Of a DNA stretch of 64,000 nt, positions 12,913-25,582 are shown one piece after another. How positions within the stretch are numbered: position 1 is the stretch's first letter; each line of letters opens with the position of its first letter. A program made the position numbers and the translations under genes. The stretch spans positions 62,001 through 126,000 of the forward strand of contig NIVC01002777.1 of the NCBI GenBank assembly GCA_002269645.1. The letters are read 5' to 3'. The notes below the pieces were generated by a model. The model saw only the letters and a list, made by a program, of their open reading frames with translations. It did no database searches and was not told the DNA's origin. The stretch is from Macrostomum lignano (lineage: Eukaryota).

Positions 12913-13515
12913 GAGTGAGATTTCCAGTGTGCCAGTCCAGATAGAGTGAGATTTCCAGTGTGCCAGTCCAGATAGAGTGAGATTTCCAGTGTGCCAGTTC
13001 AGATAGAGTGAGATTTCCAGTGTGCCAGTCCAGATAGAGTGAGATTTCCAATGTGCCAGTCCAGATAGAGTGAGATTTCCAATGTGCCAGTCCAGATAGA
13101 GTGAGATTTCCAATGTGCCAGTCCAGATAGAGTGAGATTTCCAATGTGCCGGTCCAGATATAGAGTGAGATTTCCAATGTGCCAGTCCAGATATAGAGTG
13201 AGATTTCCAATGTGCCGGTCCAGATATAGAGTGAGATTTTCAATGTGCCAGTCCAGATATAGAGTGAGATTTCCAATGTGCCGGTCCAGATATAGAGTGA
13301 GATTTTCAATGTGCCAGTCCAGATATAGAGTGAGATTTCCAATGTGCCAGTCCAGATATAGAGTGAGATTTCCAATGTGCCAGTCCAGATATAGAGTGAG
13401 ATTTCCAATGTGCCGGTCCAGATATAGAGTGAGATTTTCAATGTGCCAGTCCAGATATAGAGTGAGATTTCCAATGTGCCAGTCCAGATATAGAGTGAGA
13501 TTTCCAATGTGTCAG
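12913..13515. repeat. 31/33-bp minisatellite filling the HMG20-like intron
   Basis: Unit GAGTGAGATTTCCAATGTGCCAGTCCAGATA(TA). Confidence 0.96.
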
Positions 13516-13601
13516 TGAGCTCTTAATTCTGGTCTCTATTGAATCGGTGAATTCGGATTTCAAGCAGTGGCTCTGAGCTCCATCACCCCCATATTTGCCA
13601 G

Positions 13602-13925
13602 CAGATGCTGATGGCGGGCGGGCCGGGCGGGCAAGGCCAGCAGCTGCTCATGCCGGCTGGTCAGCAGCTGATGCAGCTCCAGAATCTGCCTGGCCTGCCG
13701 CCTGGCACAGTGGCTCTGCTAGCTGTCACCCAGGGTCCTATGCCCGGCCTCGCTCAGGTGGCCACAGTTGGTGGACAGTCTCTGTCCAGCTTCCAGGAGC
13801 TTGTACAGTCGGCTCAGCCGCAGCAGCAGCAGCAGCAGCAGCAGCCTCAGCAACAGCAGCACATGTCGACGCAGATTCAGCAACAGCAGCAACAGCAACA
13901 GCCTTCTCAACAGCTTCATCATCAG

Positions 13926-13957
<32 letters not shown>

Positions 13958-14279
13958 GCAGCAGCAGCAACAGCAACAGCACATGCAGACTAGCAAAGCC
14001 GTCAGCACAGCAGATTTGGCAGCCAGCATTCAACGCATAGCGGAAGATTTTAACGCCGGATCAGAAGACCGACTGCGAGCGGCGGAAGAATCTGTCCGAC
14101 AATTGCGCGCCAGAATGACTGACGTTCAGGCGGCCTACAGGCAGCAGGGCTTGGCGCAGAACTTTGTGCCGGATTTGCAAGCTCAGATTGACCGGGTGCT
14201 GCCAGCTCTGAGCTCCGTCAGGCCGGATGTGCTGGCTAATCTGCAGGAACTGGTTCGCTCGCTGATTCTGCCCACCTGA
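13602..14279 (+). CDS. HMG20-like protein, terminal exon (polyQ plus coiled-coil C-terminus)
   Basis: Tandem acceptor GCCAG|CAG|ATG in phase 0; polyQ followed by helical LAASIQRIAEDF...EDRLRAAEESVRQLRARM...LANLQELVRSLILPT*. Confidence 0.8.
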
Positions 14280-14439
14280 GGCTAGGCTGAGACAGGGTGA
14301 TGAAGTGTTGCTAATTCAAGTCGTGGCAAAATTCGAATATGGTCACTGGATTAGTCCTTTGTGTCACTCATGTTGCAGTCACTTGAAAGCTTTCTGCCAC
14401 GATTTGAAAGTGCACAGGTCTTCTTCCCGTTCTTGTCTC

Positions 14440-15050
<611 letters not shown>

Positions 15051-16115
15051 CAGCCCAGCTTCTTAACTAGATTCAATCATACGAGTATATGCTGTGTTGT
15101 TTGTGTTAATTATAGTTAATATAATTATTTGTTTCCGCGTTGTAATCTATGCCATTTGTACGATTTTCTCTGTTGTTATTAACAAATTTTATTAAATAAT
15201 CATGGCTGACAGTTTCCTGATTAATTCTATATACATTTAATAGTTTTAATATCTTATAAAATATCTTCTTGTTTCATTGACGCACCAGCAGTTTCGGTCC
15301 GAAGCGGCAGTTTTGTGTGTTGTTGTCTGTTTTTAAATTTGTTGCAAAATTATCCGATCGGAAATTTTTAGACGCACACGTCCGCAAAGAATTCAAGCAT
15401 AGAGAGCCGATTTTTTCCTGAGTTTGCTCCTTTCCTCTGTTTTACTTACTAATCTCCTGCTTTTTGAAAATGTTTCATTTCTACCAAATATCTTTGCTTG
15501 TGTAGCAGATTTGACTTTGTTTTAATCATTTGATTTGTCAAATGGCGGCAATTTTAAAGTGCCGCCTGTGTCCTGCTCCTTGTGGGCCCCGTCCTCGGGC
15601 CTCTGTAATCATGTCTGTCTCTCTTACAAAAGCAGCTAATTTACATTTATTTAATCTTGCATTGATGATATATATCTTACATTATAATTGTGTACATAAA
15701 CTTGCACTTCAGTACAGTCACTTATCTGTTTGTCTGTGTACACCGTGCGCATTGTGTAAGCCGCTTTAACGACTACACATTTAATATAACAAGTTAATAA
15801 ATTGTTAATTATTATTACCTAATTACACTTATTGCGCAGTCAGCCCCACCCTCTGTGTCAGCTTGGCCCAAATTAAGCTGGGGTGATTTCTTTGACAATT
15901 AGTACTTTTATATACAGTAGTATAAAACGTTTTGCTAGCTTAAAATGTGCGGTTTTTTGTCTGTTCTGCATACTTTGCCGCTCTTAGTAGTTTGTTGAAG
16001 CAAACAAACTCTTTTTTTATTCTCTAAGCGCTCTAGTCTGAACCTGTAGTGACATCGCTATGGATTATGCATATACGATCATCTTGTACGAATGATTCCC
16101 TACTAAAGTCTAGAT

Positions 16116-16566
16116 CAGGGGTCGGCGAACTTTTTTATCTAAAGGGTCAGATAGAAAACCTAGCGCATCACTGGGAGCCAGAGGAGAGGAGAGAGAAGAG
16201 AGATAGGAAACAAGAGAGGCAGGCAATAAGGGAGAGGCAAGGCGAGGCGAAAAGTGATGAGACGAGAGGAGAGAAGAGATGAAATAGAAGAGGAGGGCGA
16301 GGAGAGGAAAAAAGAATAGAAAAGATGATGGCAGGGGAGAGGAGAGGAGAGGAGGGAAGAAGAGAGAAGAGAGGAGAGGAGAAGAAGAGAGGAAAGGAGA
16401 GGAGAAGAGAAAAGCGAGGAGAGGAAAGAAGAAGAGAGGAGAGGAAATTAGAGGAGAGAGCTGAGAAGAGACTCAAACCCTGAGCGGGCCGGATTGCTAT
16501 TGTGATATTTCAAAAGACCCGAGGACCGGATAGAGAGGTTCTACGGTCCGGGTTTGCCGACCCCTG
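16116..16566. mobile_element. hAT (Charlie-like) MITE with GA-rich interior
   Basis: TIRs CAGGGGTCGGCGAAC / GTTTGCCGACCCCTG; flanks GTCTAGAT / ATCTAGCT form a degenerate NTCTAGAN-type 8-bp TSD. Confidence 0.75.
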
Positions 16567-17500
16567 ATCTAGCTCGTTGATTAACAAAAATAGTTCAGTA
16601 ATGATAAAAATCTGCATAAATGCATGCAGTTGGTCGCATCCATTTTTAAATCTGAACCGATTGTGTCAGTTTTTCAATGTAAAACTACCTTACTATATTC
16701 AATATTCTGTAGTCTTAAAACATTCACTGCAATCTAAATATTGCTAGTGGTGTTAGTTACGAACTGTAATCCACATGGCTATTATAATAAAAACCAATAA
16801 TTTACATTTCTCAACGCGTATTTTAACCGCGTGGGCGTCCTTTTACAAAATAGTCAAGCTAAAAGTGCTATCTATGCGTTAGATGACATCGGAGTTCGGT
16901 CTTGAAACTTGGTTTGTTATTTTTCTTTTTCTGATTTTTGGGGGGTCAGTCGAAAGTTAGGGCCGCTGTACACTCCTGTGTGAGTGTGTGCCTGTGCGTA
17001 TGACTGCGTACGTATCCGCGCGCTTGTGTGCCTGCTTAGGGGAGTCGGCGGAATGGGCAGTAATGCCTCTTACCGATTGTGACAATGTCGCTTAAAGTGC
17101 TCTACTAAGGTGCACACAGCTCCTCGCCTGTTATAAGACGTGTACCACCTGTTGTGCCAAGTTACTCTGGGGGCTGCTAAATTCAAATCTTAGAGGGTGT
17201 ACACGCCTGAGGATGAGAAAGTCAGGGCTGCTGTGCACTCAGTGTGAGTGTGTACTTGTTGCGTATAGACTGCTTGCTCACTCCAGCTGCAAACAGACTT
17301 GACAGACAGAACTACATGTGGGCGTTTGCTAACATCTGCAGAAGACTCACTGACTGGATTAGTCTATGGCTCTTAGAGCAAGAGACAGTCATCAGGAGCT
17401 TTTTACTCAGGCCACCCGACTTATCAGTCGAGTCAGAGAAGCAAGCGCTCGAGCTGGAACTATTTAATAATACAAAAGAGAGTGCTCAGTACTGCTCAGC

Positions 17501-17911
17501 ATGACCGGACTCAAAACTTGCGGCGGCGGTGGCGGCGGATTCGCCAGCTGCGCAATGGGCAGCGCCACCGACTTAGCCACTGAGAGCCAGGAGACCTGCG
17601 GCAACAACAGCGGCGGCGGCAACTCTGGGGAGGAGCGCCGGCCTTCCATCGACTTAAGCGCGTTGGAGCGCAAAGCTGTGCGCGGCGGCATCACCCGGTT
17701 TCACTGCCGCTACTTCCTGCGCCAGAGACAGTCGGATATGAAAAAGCAGCAGATGCAGCTGCAGCACCAGAACGATGAGGACGAGCATCAGGACGACCAG
17801 CAGGCCAAGCAGCAGGATGAGCGGCCTGAGCAAGACAACCAGGCCGACACTGAGCAGCCGGAGCAGCAGAGCAACCGGTTCGGCTCGAAGCGCTCGCAGA
17901 AGAAGAAATGA
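17501..17911 (+). CDS. Hypothetical 136-aa protein (Gly-rich N-terminus, short basic core, Q/E/D-rich tail)
   Basis: GC-rich island with exon-like codon usage in AT-rich surroundings; ATG to TGA intact; no family recognised. Confidence 0.5.
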   Translation: MTGLKTCGGGGGGFASCAMGSATDLATESQETCGNNSGGGNSGEERRPSIDLSALERKAVRGGITRFHCRYFLRQRQSDMKKQQMQLQHQNDEDEHQDDQQAKQQDERPEQDNQADTEQPEQQSNRFGSKRSQKKK

Positions 17912-18939
17912 AAAAACATCAAATCCTTCGCTAACAGTTGAAAACAATTTAGAAAAATGGTTTCAGTTGACTACCTGATCAAATTTTCACTTTTCACTTT
18001 CACTTCCGCCCGCCTGACGGCTTCCAATAAAGCTTATTTTTCTCCAGTCGGACCCAATTTGACTGTCGAGTGTCGGCCGGTCGTCGCGCTTCAAGATTGT
18101 CGGCGCTTTGAATTGCTTTTGCTAATTTTTGCTGCAAGTGTTCATCTTGTATTTGCTTATTTTGCTTGTCTACAGAGCAACTGAAATCGGGCCTAATACT
18201 AATACTAATACTTACTATTAATAGTATTAGTATTGATAATGAGTACAGGAGGGCCGTGGGCGCCCTGGCAACAACGCTTTCGGCGAAATTAATCCCCACA
18301 ACCAGCGCTGACTCCTGAGTCATATACGATACATATCGTATACGAACCTTTTAAATAATTTGACTGCGCGCCGCAGAATCGAACTTAGGAGACTTCCGAA
18401 TCCCGAATATCTTGAGATCAACTCCGGTGTTGACCGGTTATTGTGCCTGTCGACTGAGTTAAAATCCCATTTGATTAATCGAAATTCTGAAAAACCTTTG
18501 AAAGTCATTAAAACAATCATCATTTTAAACAAAATTCAATTATATTGACAACGCTTCAACATCTGATTTATTTCAGAATAATTTGAAAATACTCAATATT
18601 ATTTTAGTAAAAAGTAATAGGTTAACTGTAAATTAGGAATACGGATTCTTTAGAACTCATGCTCGGAGGAAAAAATAATGTCTCACAAGCGCGGAAGCTG
18701 ACAATAAGACGCAGTGAAGCTGAAACTTACAAAAATAAAAAACACATTTTAAAGGTTTAAAAAATTGAGAAGTATTGATAGTGTCTACCGAAACTCAACC
18801 GTCGCTTATTAATTGGCCAGGCAAATTGGCTAATAAAGATTTTAAATTAAACAAAAGCCCAGTGAGTGCATCTGAAATTCTCTAACCTAGCCCAGCAATG
18901 ATCCAAATGAACCGTCGGCCGGATGCTTTTGAGCAGGTC

Positions 18940-19023
18940 TCAACGCTGCGACCCGGTTTTGATGTAGGAGATCGTGGTTGGCAGGTGCAGCTCTTCGAAT
19001 GTGCACAGGAATGCGTCTGCGCT
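18940..19023 (-). CDS. EFCAB1: Calaxin exon 7 (stop)
   Basis: CCGCAG|SADAFLCTFEELHLPTTISYIKTGSQR*; total CDS 651 nt = 216 aa. Confidence 0.8.
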   Translation of the reverse strand, partial: SADAFLCTFEELHLPTTISYIKTGSQR

Positions 19024-19199
19024 CTGCGGAATTAATGAGATTTCTTGTTTGGGTCTTCTGATCCTACAGAACACGATCGAGCCACATGCATTACTCTAGC
19101 TGTCCTTAAATTGCCTGTAGTACCTTTAAAACACATGCAGGTATTTTTACTTAAGCTCCACTTAGGTAAAAATACCTGCATGTATAAGTGTCCTATACA

Positions 19200-19935
19200 G
19201 GAGAGGGGCAGTGGCGCTCCACCTCTCAGGACAGGAGAGAGACAGTGGCGCTCCACCTCACAGGACAGGAGGGGGCAGTGGCGCTCCACCGCACAGGACA
19301 GTAGAGGGGCAGTGGCGCTCCACCTCTCAGGACAGGAGAGAGACAGTGACGCTCCACCTCACAGGACAGGAGAGGGGCAGTGGCGCTCCAAATCAACAGG
19401 ACAGTAGAGGGACAGTGGCGCTCCACCTCACAGGACAGTAGAGGGGCAGTGGCGCTCCACCTCACAGGACAGTAGAGGGCCAGTGGCGCTCCACCTCACA
19501 GGACAGGAGAGGGGCAGTGGCGCTCCACCTCACAGGACAGGAGAGGGGCAGTGGCGCTCCAAATCAACAGGACAGTAGAGGGACAGTGGCGCTCCACCTC
19601 ACAGGACAGTAGAGGGGCAGTGGCGCTCCACCTCACAGGACAGTAGAGGGCCAGTGGCGCTCCACCTCACAGGACAGGAGAGGGGCAGTGGCGCTCCACC
19701 TCACAGGACAGGAGAGGGGCAGTGGCGCTCCACCTCACAGGACAGGAGAGGGACAGTGGCGATCCACCTCACAGGACAGGAGAGGGGCAGTGGCGCTCCA
19801 CCTCTCAGGACAGTAGAGGGACAGTGGCGCTCCACCTCACAGGACAGTAGAGAGGCAGTGGCGCTCCACCTCACAGGACGGGAGAGAGGCAGTGGCGCTC
19901 CACCTCACAGGACAGGAGAGGGGCAGTGGCGCTCC
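19200..19935. repeat. 34-bp minisatellite in the last calaxin intron
   Basis: Unit CAGTGGCGCTCCACCTCACAGGACAGGAGAGGGG. Confidence 0.96.
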
Positions 19936-19977
19936 ATCATGCACTATGGTTAAAACTGTCGCCTGGTTTCTGCTCAC

Positions 19978-20082
19978 CTTCTCGTCTGGCAGGCAGGGTC
20001 CCAGCGCCTGCAACAGCAGCGGTTCCTCTGCCACCATGGCCTTGAATTGGGCATAGTCAATGACTCCCTTCTTCTGCGTGTC
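19978..20082 (-). CDS. EFCAB1: Calaxin exon 6
   Basis: DTQKKGVIDYAQFKAMVAEEPLLLQALGPCLPDEK resembles calaxin LLLEAFGPCLPDPK. Confidence 0.93.
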
Positions 20083-20168
20083 CTGCAGTAAGGGTTGTTT
20101 GGCCAGTGCTAAACTATAATAGTACATCTTTATTGGCGCGTAGGCTGTAGTCGCTAGCTTGTACTTAC

Positions 20169-20234
20169 GAATTTTTTGAAGACAATTTCTACCAGATCGC
20201 GGACACCCTCGTCCGGGTCCTCCTCAACGGGTTG
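20169..20234 (-). CDS. EFCAB1: Calaxin exon 5
   Basis: QPVEEDPDEGVRDLVEIVFKKF resembles calaxin QPSEEDPDEGIKDLVEITLKKM. Confidence 0.93.
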
Positions 20235-20568
20235 CTAAAATTTTGTGGCAAGTTGAATGGATATTATATACAATTCTGGTGACCTCTTTGACCTTTGACC
20301 TGGAGTTCAATTACTAGCCAATTATCGTTTTCAGACATTAGTGCTTGCGTACTTTTAGACGACAACTAAACTTTATTATCTCATACTTTTGGAGTGAAAG
20401 TCGAAGCTTTAATTCGCCTATTAAAAAGTACACGTCTTTAACAATAGTACAAATACGACTGCGTGCATAAAAAAGTACAAGTGGAGGTGCCTATAGCCCA
20501 AACACACACAACAGTTTATATTATCATTACAATCCAAAAAGCTTTTTAAGACTGTCAAACCAACCGAC

Positions 20569-20654
20569 CTTAATAAGGGTGGCCTTCAACAGCTGGAAAA
20601 TCTCCTCGCGGCTGATCACTCCATTCGAGTTCAAATCGTAGGCGCGGAAGGCGA
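20569..20654 (-). CDS. EFCAB1: Calaxin exon 4 (EF-hand)
   Basis: FAFRAYDLNSNGVISREEIFQLLKATLIK; canonical EF loop. Confidence 0.92.
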
Positions 20655-20723
20655 CTAAAATGTTTTGTAGTTTTTATTAATACAATCGCAAAAGTTGAAA
20701 AAATTAACTAATTAACTCCTTAC

Positions 20724-20828
20724 ACTGCGTCTTCTCGTCTAGGGTGCCCCTCAGAAAGGTGGACATTCCCTTCAGCCACTCCTCTTGGCTGATGCTGGAG
20801 TCAAAGTCGGTGTCGAATGCCCGAAAAA
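20724..20828 (-). CDS. EFCAB1: Calaxin exon 3 (EF-hand)
   Basis: [35 protein letters not shown]; CAG/GTAAG boundaries. Confidence 0.92.
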
Positions 20829-20922
20829 CTGGTTGAAAAAAAACAGTTAATAATTGAAAGTGCTTAATTTGTTTGACAATGAATATTTAGACAAAATATC
20901 GAGCCCGATCGACCAGCCTCAC

Positions 20923-21063
20923 CGTGGTCAATCATCATAGCGTCGGTCATGCCGAACGAACAGTGCAGGATGTCCTTAAACTTGCTCCTATCCAGCTTCA
21001 CATCATCAGCTCCAGCCAGCTCCCGATACATATGCAGCAGATGCTCGCATTCCTTTTTAGTAA
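20923..21063 (-). CDS. EFCAB1: Calaxin exon 2
   Basis: FTKKECEHLLHMYRELAG...LDRSKFKDILHCSFGMTDAMMIDH resembles calaxin LDRNAFRNILHVTFGMTDDMIMDR. Confidence 0.9.
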
Positions 21064-21789
21064 CTTGGGTTGGAGGCGGAAATGACAGGTATTTAATTAT
21101 TCAATTATTTATTATTTAGGTAAAATTAAATATATATATTAAGATAATTTACAATCAAATTCGTACTGTGATTTTAAGTACAATATGTACAGCAGCAGCA
21201 GTTTTATAATACTTGAATTAATAAATAAATAAATTCATTAATTTGAATACCAAGAATATAAAGAAATGAATAGACAGCTACTATATACTAAACACTAAAA
21301 TGATATATTAATAAACTTAATTGATAAAAATCTGGTTTTAAAATAAAGATCAAAATATTTCTAGACTTTTTTTAATAGTGAGCAATGAAAAGCAATATTT
21401 TTTGTGAAATTGTGAATTACTTACTTCAGGGTTCTTGATAACTAAGAAATCTAGTTTCATAGGCTAATTCTTTCGCTTAGTTTAAAGGTTGTTAAACAAA
21501 TATTAACCGGTTCATATTTAACTGACTGCTCTATTGTTGCTGTCATTTTTATTTAATTTGCTGTGCGAATGCGAATCTAATTATACGTTTTACTGAGTGA
21601 ATGGTAAATGATTACTGCATAGGTAATCATAACATACAAGAAATATTAAGGTAATTGAGATAAAAATTATACGTGTTAACAGTGCTTCTGGAAAAGTACG
21701 AGTATACTACGTTTTCGAAAGCATAACTATAGAAATAACTGACTTACAGGCCCTACTTGTAATATGACTAGTGCAAAGGTAACACTTAC

Positions 21790-21853
21790 AATTCGTTTGC
21801 TTGTGCAAAGACTCAGCTAACTTTGAGATAGCTGTCTTAGCTGAAACGTCCAT
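21790..21853 (-). CDS. EFCAB1: Calaxin (EF-hand Ca-binding, axonemal dynein regulator) exon 1
   Basis: MDVSAKTAISKLAESLHKQTN, then T|GTAAGT donor in phase 1, matching the next exon. Confidence 0.8.
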
Positions 21854-24204
21854 GCTGATATGCAATACAATAATTGGCTCAAGACTCAAGAGGAATTCAG
21901 AAAATCATAAAATTGTGAAATTTTGACATGTTAAAAAAATATTTGTATTGATCCTAGCGACCTGCAATTAGATTTCACAAGTTTAAACAAAATCTGGTAA
22001 ATAAAATTAGTTTTATCACAATTATGTATCCCTAATGTTTAGAAAACAATAATAACTCAACAGTAAAAGATTTAAAGTGGAAAATAATTAAAATGAAATG
22101 ATTATTTTCGAGCTTTAGTTATCTTTCGTCTTCAATACCGACAGGGGCTCGATGCGATAAAGATTCGCTTCACTTCATGCTCAATATCTTCAAAGTTTCC
22201 TATTAATATTCATATATATAATGATAAAATTAATGGAATAAAATTAATTATAATTAAAATAAAACAATTATAAAATTAATGAAATATATTCACGGATTTT
22301 GTGATCCTTGCAACATGCGTGGGCAAATAATCGCTAGTGTGTTATGTACAAGTACATAATATGCGCTTGTACAAGTACATGTATGTAGCACGTAGTGTAT
22401 ACGTGTAAAACGGCCAATTGCACAGAACTTACTTCGCAAACGCAACCTTTTTCACATGTAACCCGGTTCAAACAAAAGTAATTGTGACCCAAAAAAACGA
22501 CTCGTATTGTTATTTGTTAACACATTATTTGAAACAACGCTGAAGCTCGATCAGCTCACGGTCGATTTGAATAACTAAGAGTACTATGGTTTTGAGTGTA
22601 TTAGTGGATGGGTTTAATACATGGGCCTTATTGTCATAATCTTTTCTTGAGTGCGAGTCAGCTACATTCTGTTGTACTTCGCGGTCAAATATACATGTAA
22701 AAGCAAGTTCTATACCCAACAACATAGTAGTGTACTACATGTAATTTAAAGGAATTTAAAGGCTATCTCCAACATCTTTTTCTGAAAGAAATGAGCATTC
22801 ACTGTCTTCATTTTGACTGCATGTAGCATGCATATGTATATATGCAGTTTCTTTTTGGGACACCCGCTACATGTACATGTACGAGCTAGATATGTATGTA
22901 ATTGTTATGGTGCATACAGTATAAAATGCTGCCTTTGTCGGGCAAGTGGGAACAGTGAAAAAGCACGACTTATTTATCATACAGTTTTCCCACCCTGTTT
23001 AGTTGTTAGGTCTATCGAATATTCAAGCTGTCCAATGCGATGAAACACTAATAACTCGTAGTATACACTTTTTCCCTTGCTTTTACTATACTGAAATTAG
23101 AATAAAACTCGCGACTAATTTTGAGCAGGATTAATTTGTCTCAATTTTCGTTCGTTCTGTTGCAAATGCAAGCTACTCAACACGTGCCGTTTTCCCTGAG
23201 CAAGTCGGCTTATTCTGCATATTCTAAATTGTTAGAAGTGCAAAATTACTGTCTGCATAGTGAACACTGATACTAGAATACTATCTTTATTAGATAGGCC
23301 ACATCTTTAGTTCATTTCATAACTTTATTCGGGCGTAGCTGCAGTTTACAGTTATACAGTAACAATTTTGAATTTATTTTAATCATCCATGCGCTCAATA
23401 AAAAAAGATATATAAGAAATAACGCTTTCCCAATTCTGGAAAGATTTGCTTTTTTGAGCAATAAAAACTTTAGAGTCAAGACTTAGTAAACCCACTTGAG
23501 TTCGCGATTCATTTTATATTATTTCCAAAACGGCACGAGAAGAGCGGGATGGGGAAGCACAATAATGGAAATTCTAAATGTGCGTACAAGATACGTAAAT
23601 AATGGGAAGAGCCAGCGAGCCTGCATATAGGAAGAATGATGCAATATTTGACCATAAAATAAATAGTACCTGCAAAATGTAATTAAAAATAGCAAAAATA
23701 GCTACACTACACAAGTAATTATTGTCGTTTTCATTGCCAGTCAAGAGAGAGGGGAGAAGAGAGAGGGGAGAAAAGAGAGAGGCGGGTAAAGAGAGGGGGA
23801 GAAGAGAGGGGAGACGGGAGAAGACAGCTGAGGAGACAGGAAAACTTTAAGCGGATGGGAGTCATGCCGATCCCTGCTGTAATGCATACTATGGAGTATT
23901 AGGATTTGCATCTATTCATTTTTTCGGCAAAATTGAACATTAGTTTTAATACACCCTTACCGAAACAAAATTGTTTTGTTGCAAGCAAATTTATTATAAA
24001 TTACATGCAAAAAATAGAAGATTTGATTTTTTCACCAAGTGCTTGTTCAGAGCTTAAATAATTAACTAACAGGGTTTCATTCAGTTTTTTTTCTGAGAGA
24101 TCAAGCAACACTTGCAGTCTGAGAGCGTTTTGCATTCAAGGGTGCATTGCCCAGCTGTTAGAAAGGGGGGCATTTTTAAATCATTTTTAGTATATAGGAC
24201 TAGC

Positions 24205-24531
24205 CAGTAGCCAGGAATTTCAATTGGGGGGAAGGCGGGTTGGCCTGGCTGGCCATGCCTTATGCCATTCCCACTTTTGGCGCCGCAGGCACTCATTTTG
24301 GCGCCGCAGGCACTCATTTTGGCGCCGCAGGCACTCATTTTGGCGCCGCAGGCACTTATTTTGGCGCCGCAGGCACTCACTTTAGCGCCGCAGGCACTTA
24401 TTTTAGCGCCGCAGGCGCTCATTTTGGCGCCGCAGGCACTCAATTGCCTCATGGTTTTTGGTACCCGCCGCGCCCAACCCCACCCCCCAGGCGATTGGGG
24501 GGCTGCGGCCCCCCACCTGGCTACGCCACTG
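24205..24531. mobile_element. hAT-type MITE with internal 21-bp tandem repeat
   Basis: Perfect 8-bp TSD GGACTAGC on both sides; ends CAGT(..)AGCCAGG / CCTGGCTACGCCACTG; internal (GGCGCCGCAGGCACTCATTTT)n. Confidence 0.8.
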
Positions 24532-24659
24532 GGACTAGCAATCAGCGCCCCTGCTGGGAAGCAAAAAAAAGAATAAAAAATTGAGTTAACTACTCGTCTC
24601 GTGTTTTAGTATCCTAACTAAAGAAACTAATGGTTTAAGCAACAAAGCATCAGTCTTGA

Positions 24660-24960
24660 AAGCCGGCTATCTGGCCCAAGATATCAGCATCCCCTGTGAG
24701 CTTTGGCATCAAAGCCTCCATTTGACCCATGGCTTAACTTAACCCTCCCTTTGATCGATCAGCAACCGATCTCAGCAACCCCCATGAGCCACAATATTTC
24801 AGCAACCACCCTTGACATCTCAGCAATTCTCCCCGAGTCATAGAATTTCAGCAATCCCCCCCCCAAGCCTGACATCTCAGCGATTCCACCATGACATGAG
24901 CATTGTCATGTCAGCAACTCCACCCGTGAGCCCTGATACCTCATATCTCATATCTCAGAA
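24660..24960 (+). repeat. Dispersed repeat: conserved head plus degenerate CATGAGCC...CTCAGC array
   Basis: Head AAGATATCAGCATCCCCT(G/A)TGAGCTTTGGC shared with about 57483. Confidence 0.7.
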
Positions 24961-25419
24961 AGAAACACATCTGATATACTTGTTAGAAGCTTAAATGTGC
25001 TGTCGAGAATTCTATATCTATTCGAATTCTAATCGTTAATCGGCGTGTATGACGAAATATTAAATTTATATATATATACTGTATAGTCGCAAGAGGGGTT
25101 TAAAACACATGGCGCAGTGAAATTAAGCATCTAAAAAATCAAAGCTACTAACATATTAGCACTTTTCAGGTCCAATTACGACTGTAAATTGCTGCAGTAT
25201 TCGCAAAAAAATAATATGGGAAAAGAAAAATGGCAACGCGAGAAATAAAAATCGCATCGAGAAAAAGTTTTTTAACCGAGTTCACAAAGTATTGTGTTTA
25301 ACAAACAAAACAAATGAATACCTAAGCCTTTACCAAAATTTGCACAGATAATTAATCAGTAGTAACCAAAATACACTAATAACCGTTACGATTTTGTTAT
25401 TTCATCATTGTTAGCCAGA

Positions 25420-25432
25420 TTAAGGACCATAT
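25420..25432 (-). CDS. ZAP-like copy A, putative micro terminal exon (R-Y-G-P-stop)
   Basis: TTTTTCCTTTCAG|A TAT GGT CCT TAA satisfies phase 2; inferred from splice signals only. Confidence 0.5.
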
Positions 25433-25582
25433 CTGAAAGGAAAAATAGGTGAACATTTTTTTAAAGTTGAAAGCAAGGTTTTGTTAGCAAAAAGCTGTGT
25501 TGGAGCTATTTGTCTGGTAAGCTCTATGAAATCGATGTAGCGCTAAGCTAGTGCAAGAATCAACAGGTGCAAAAAGACCAAC

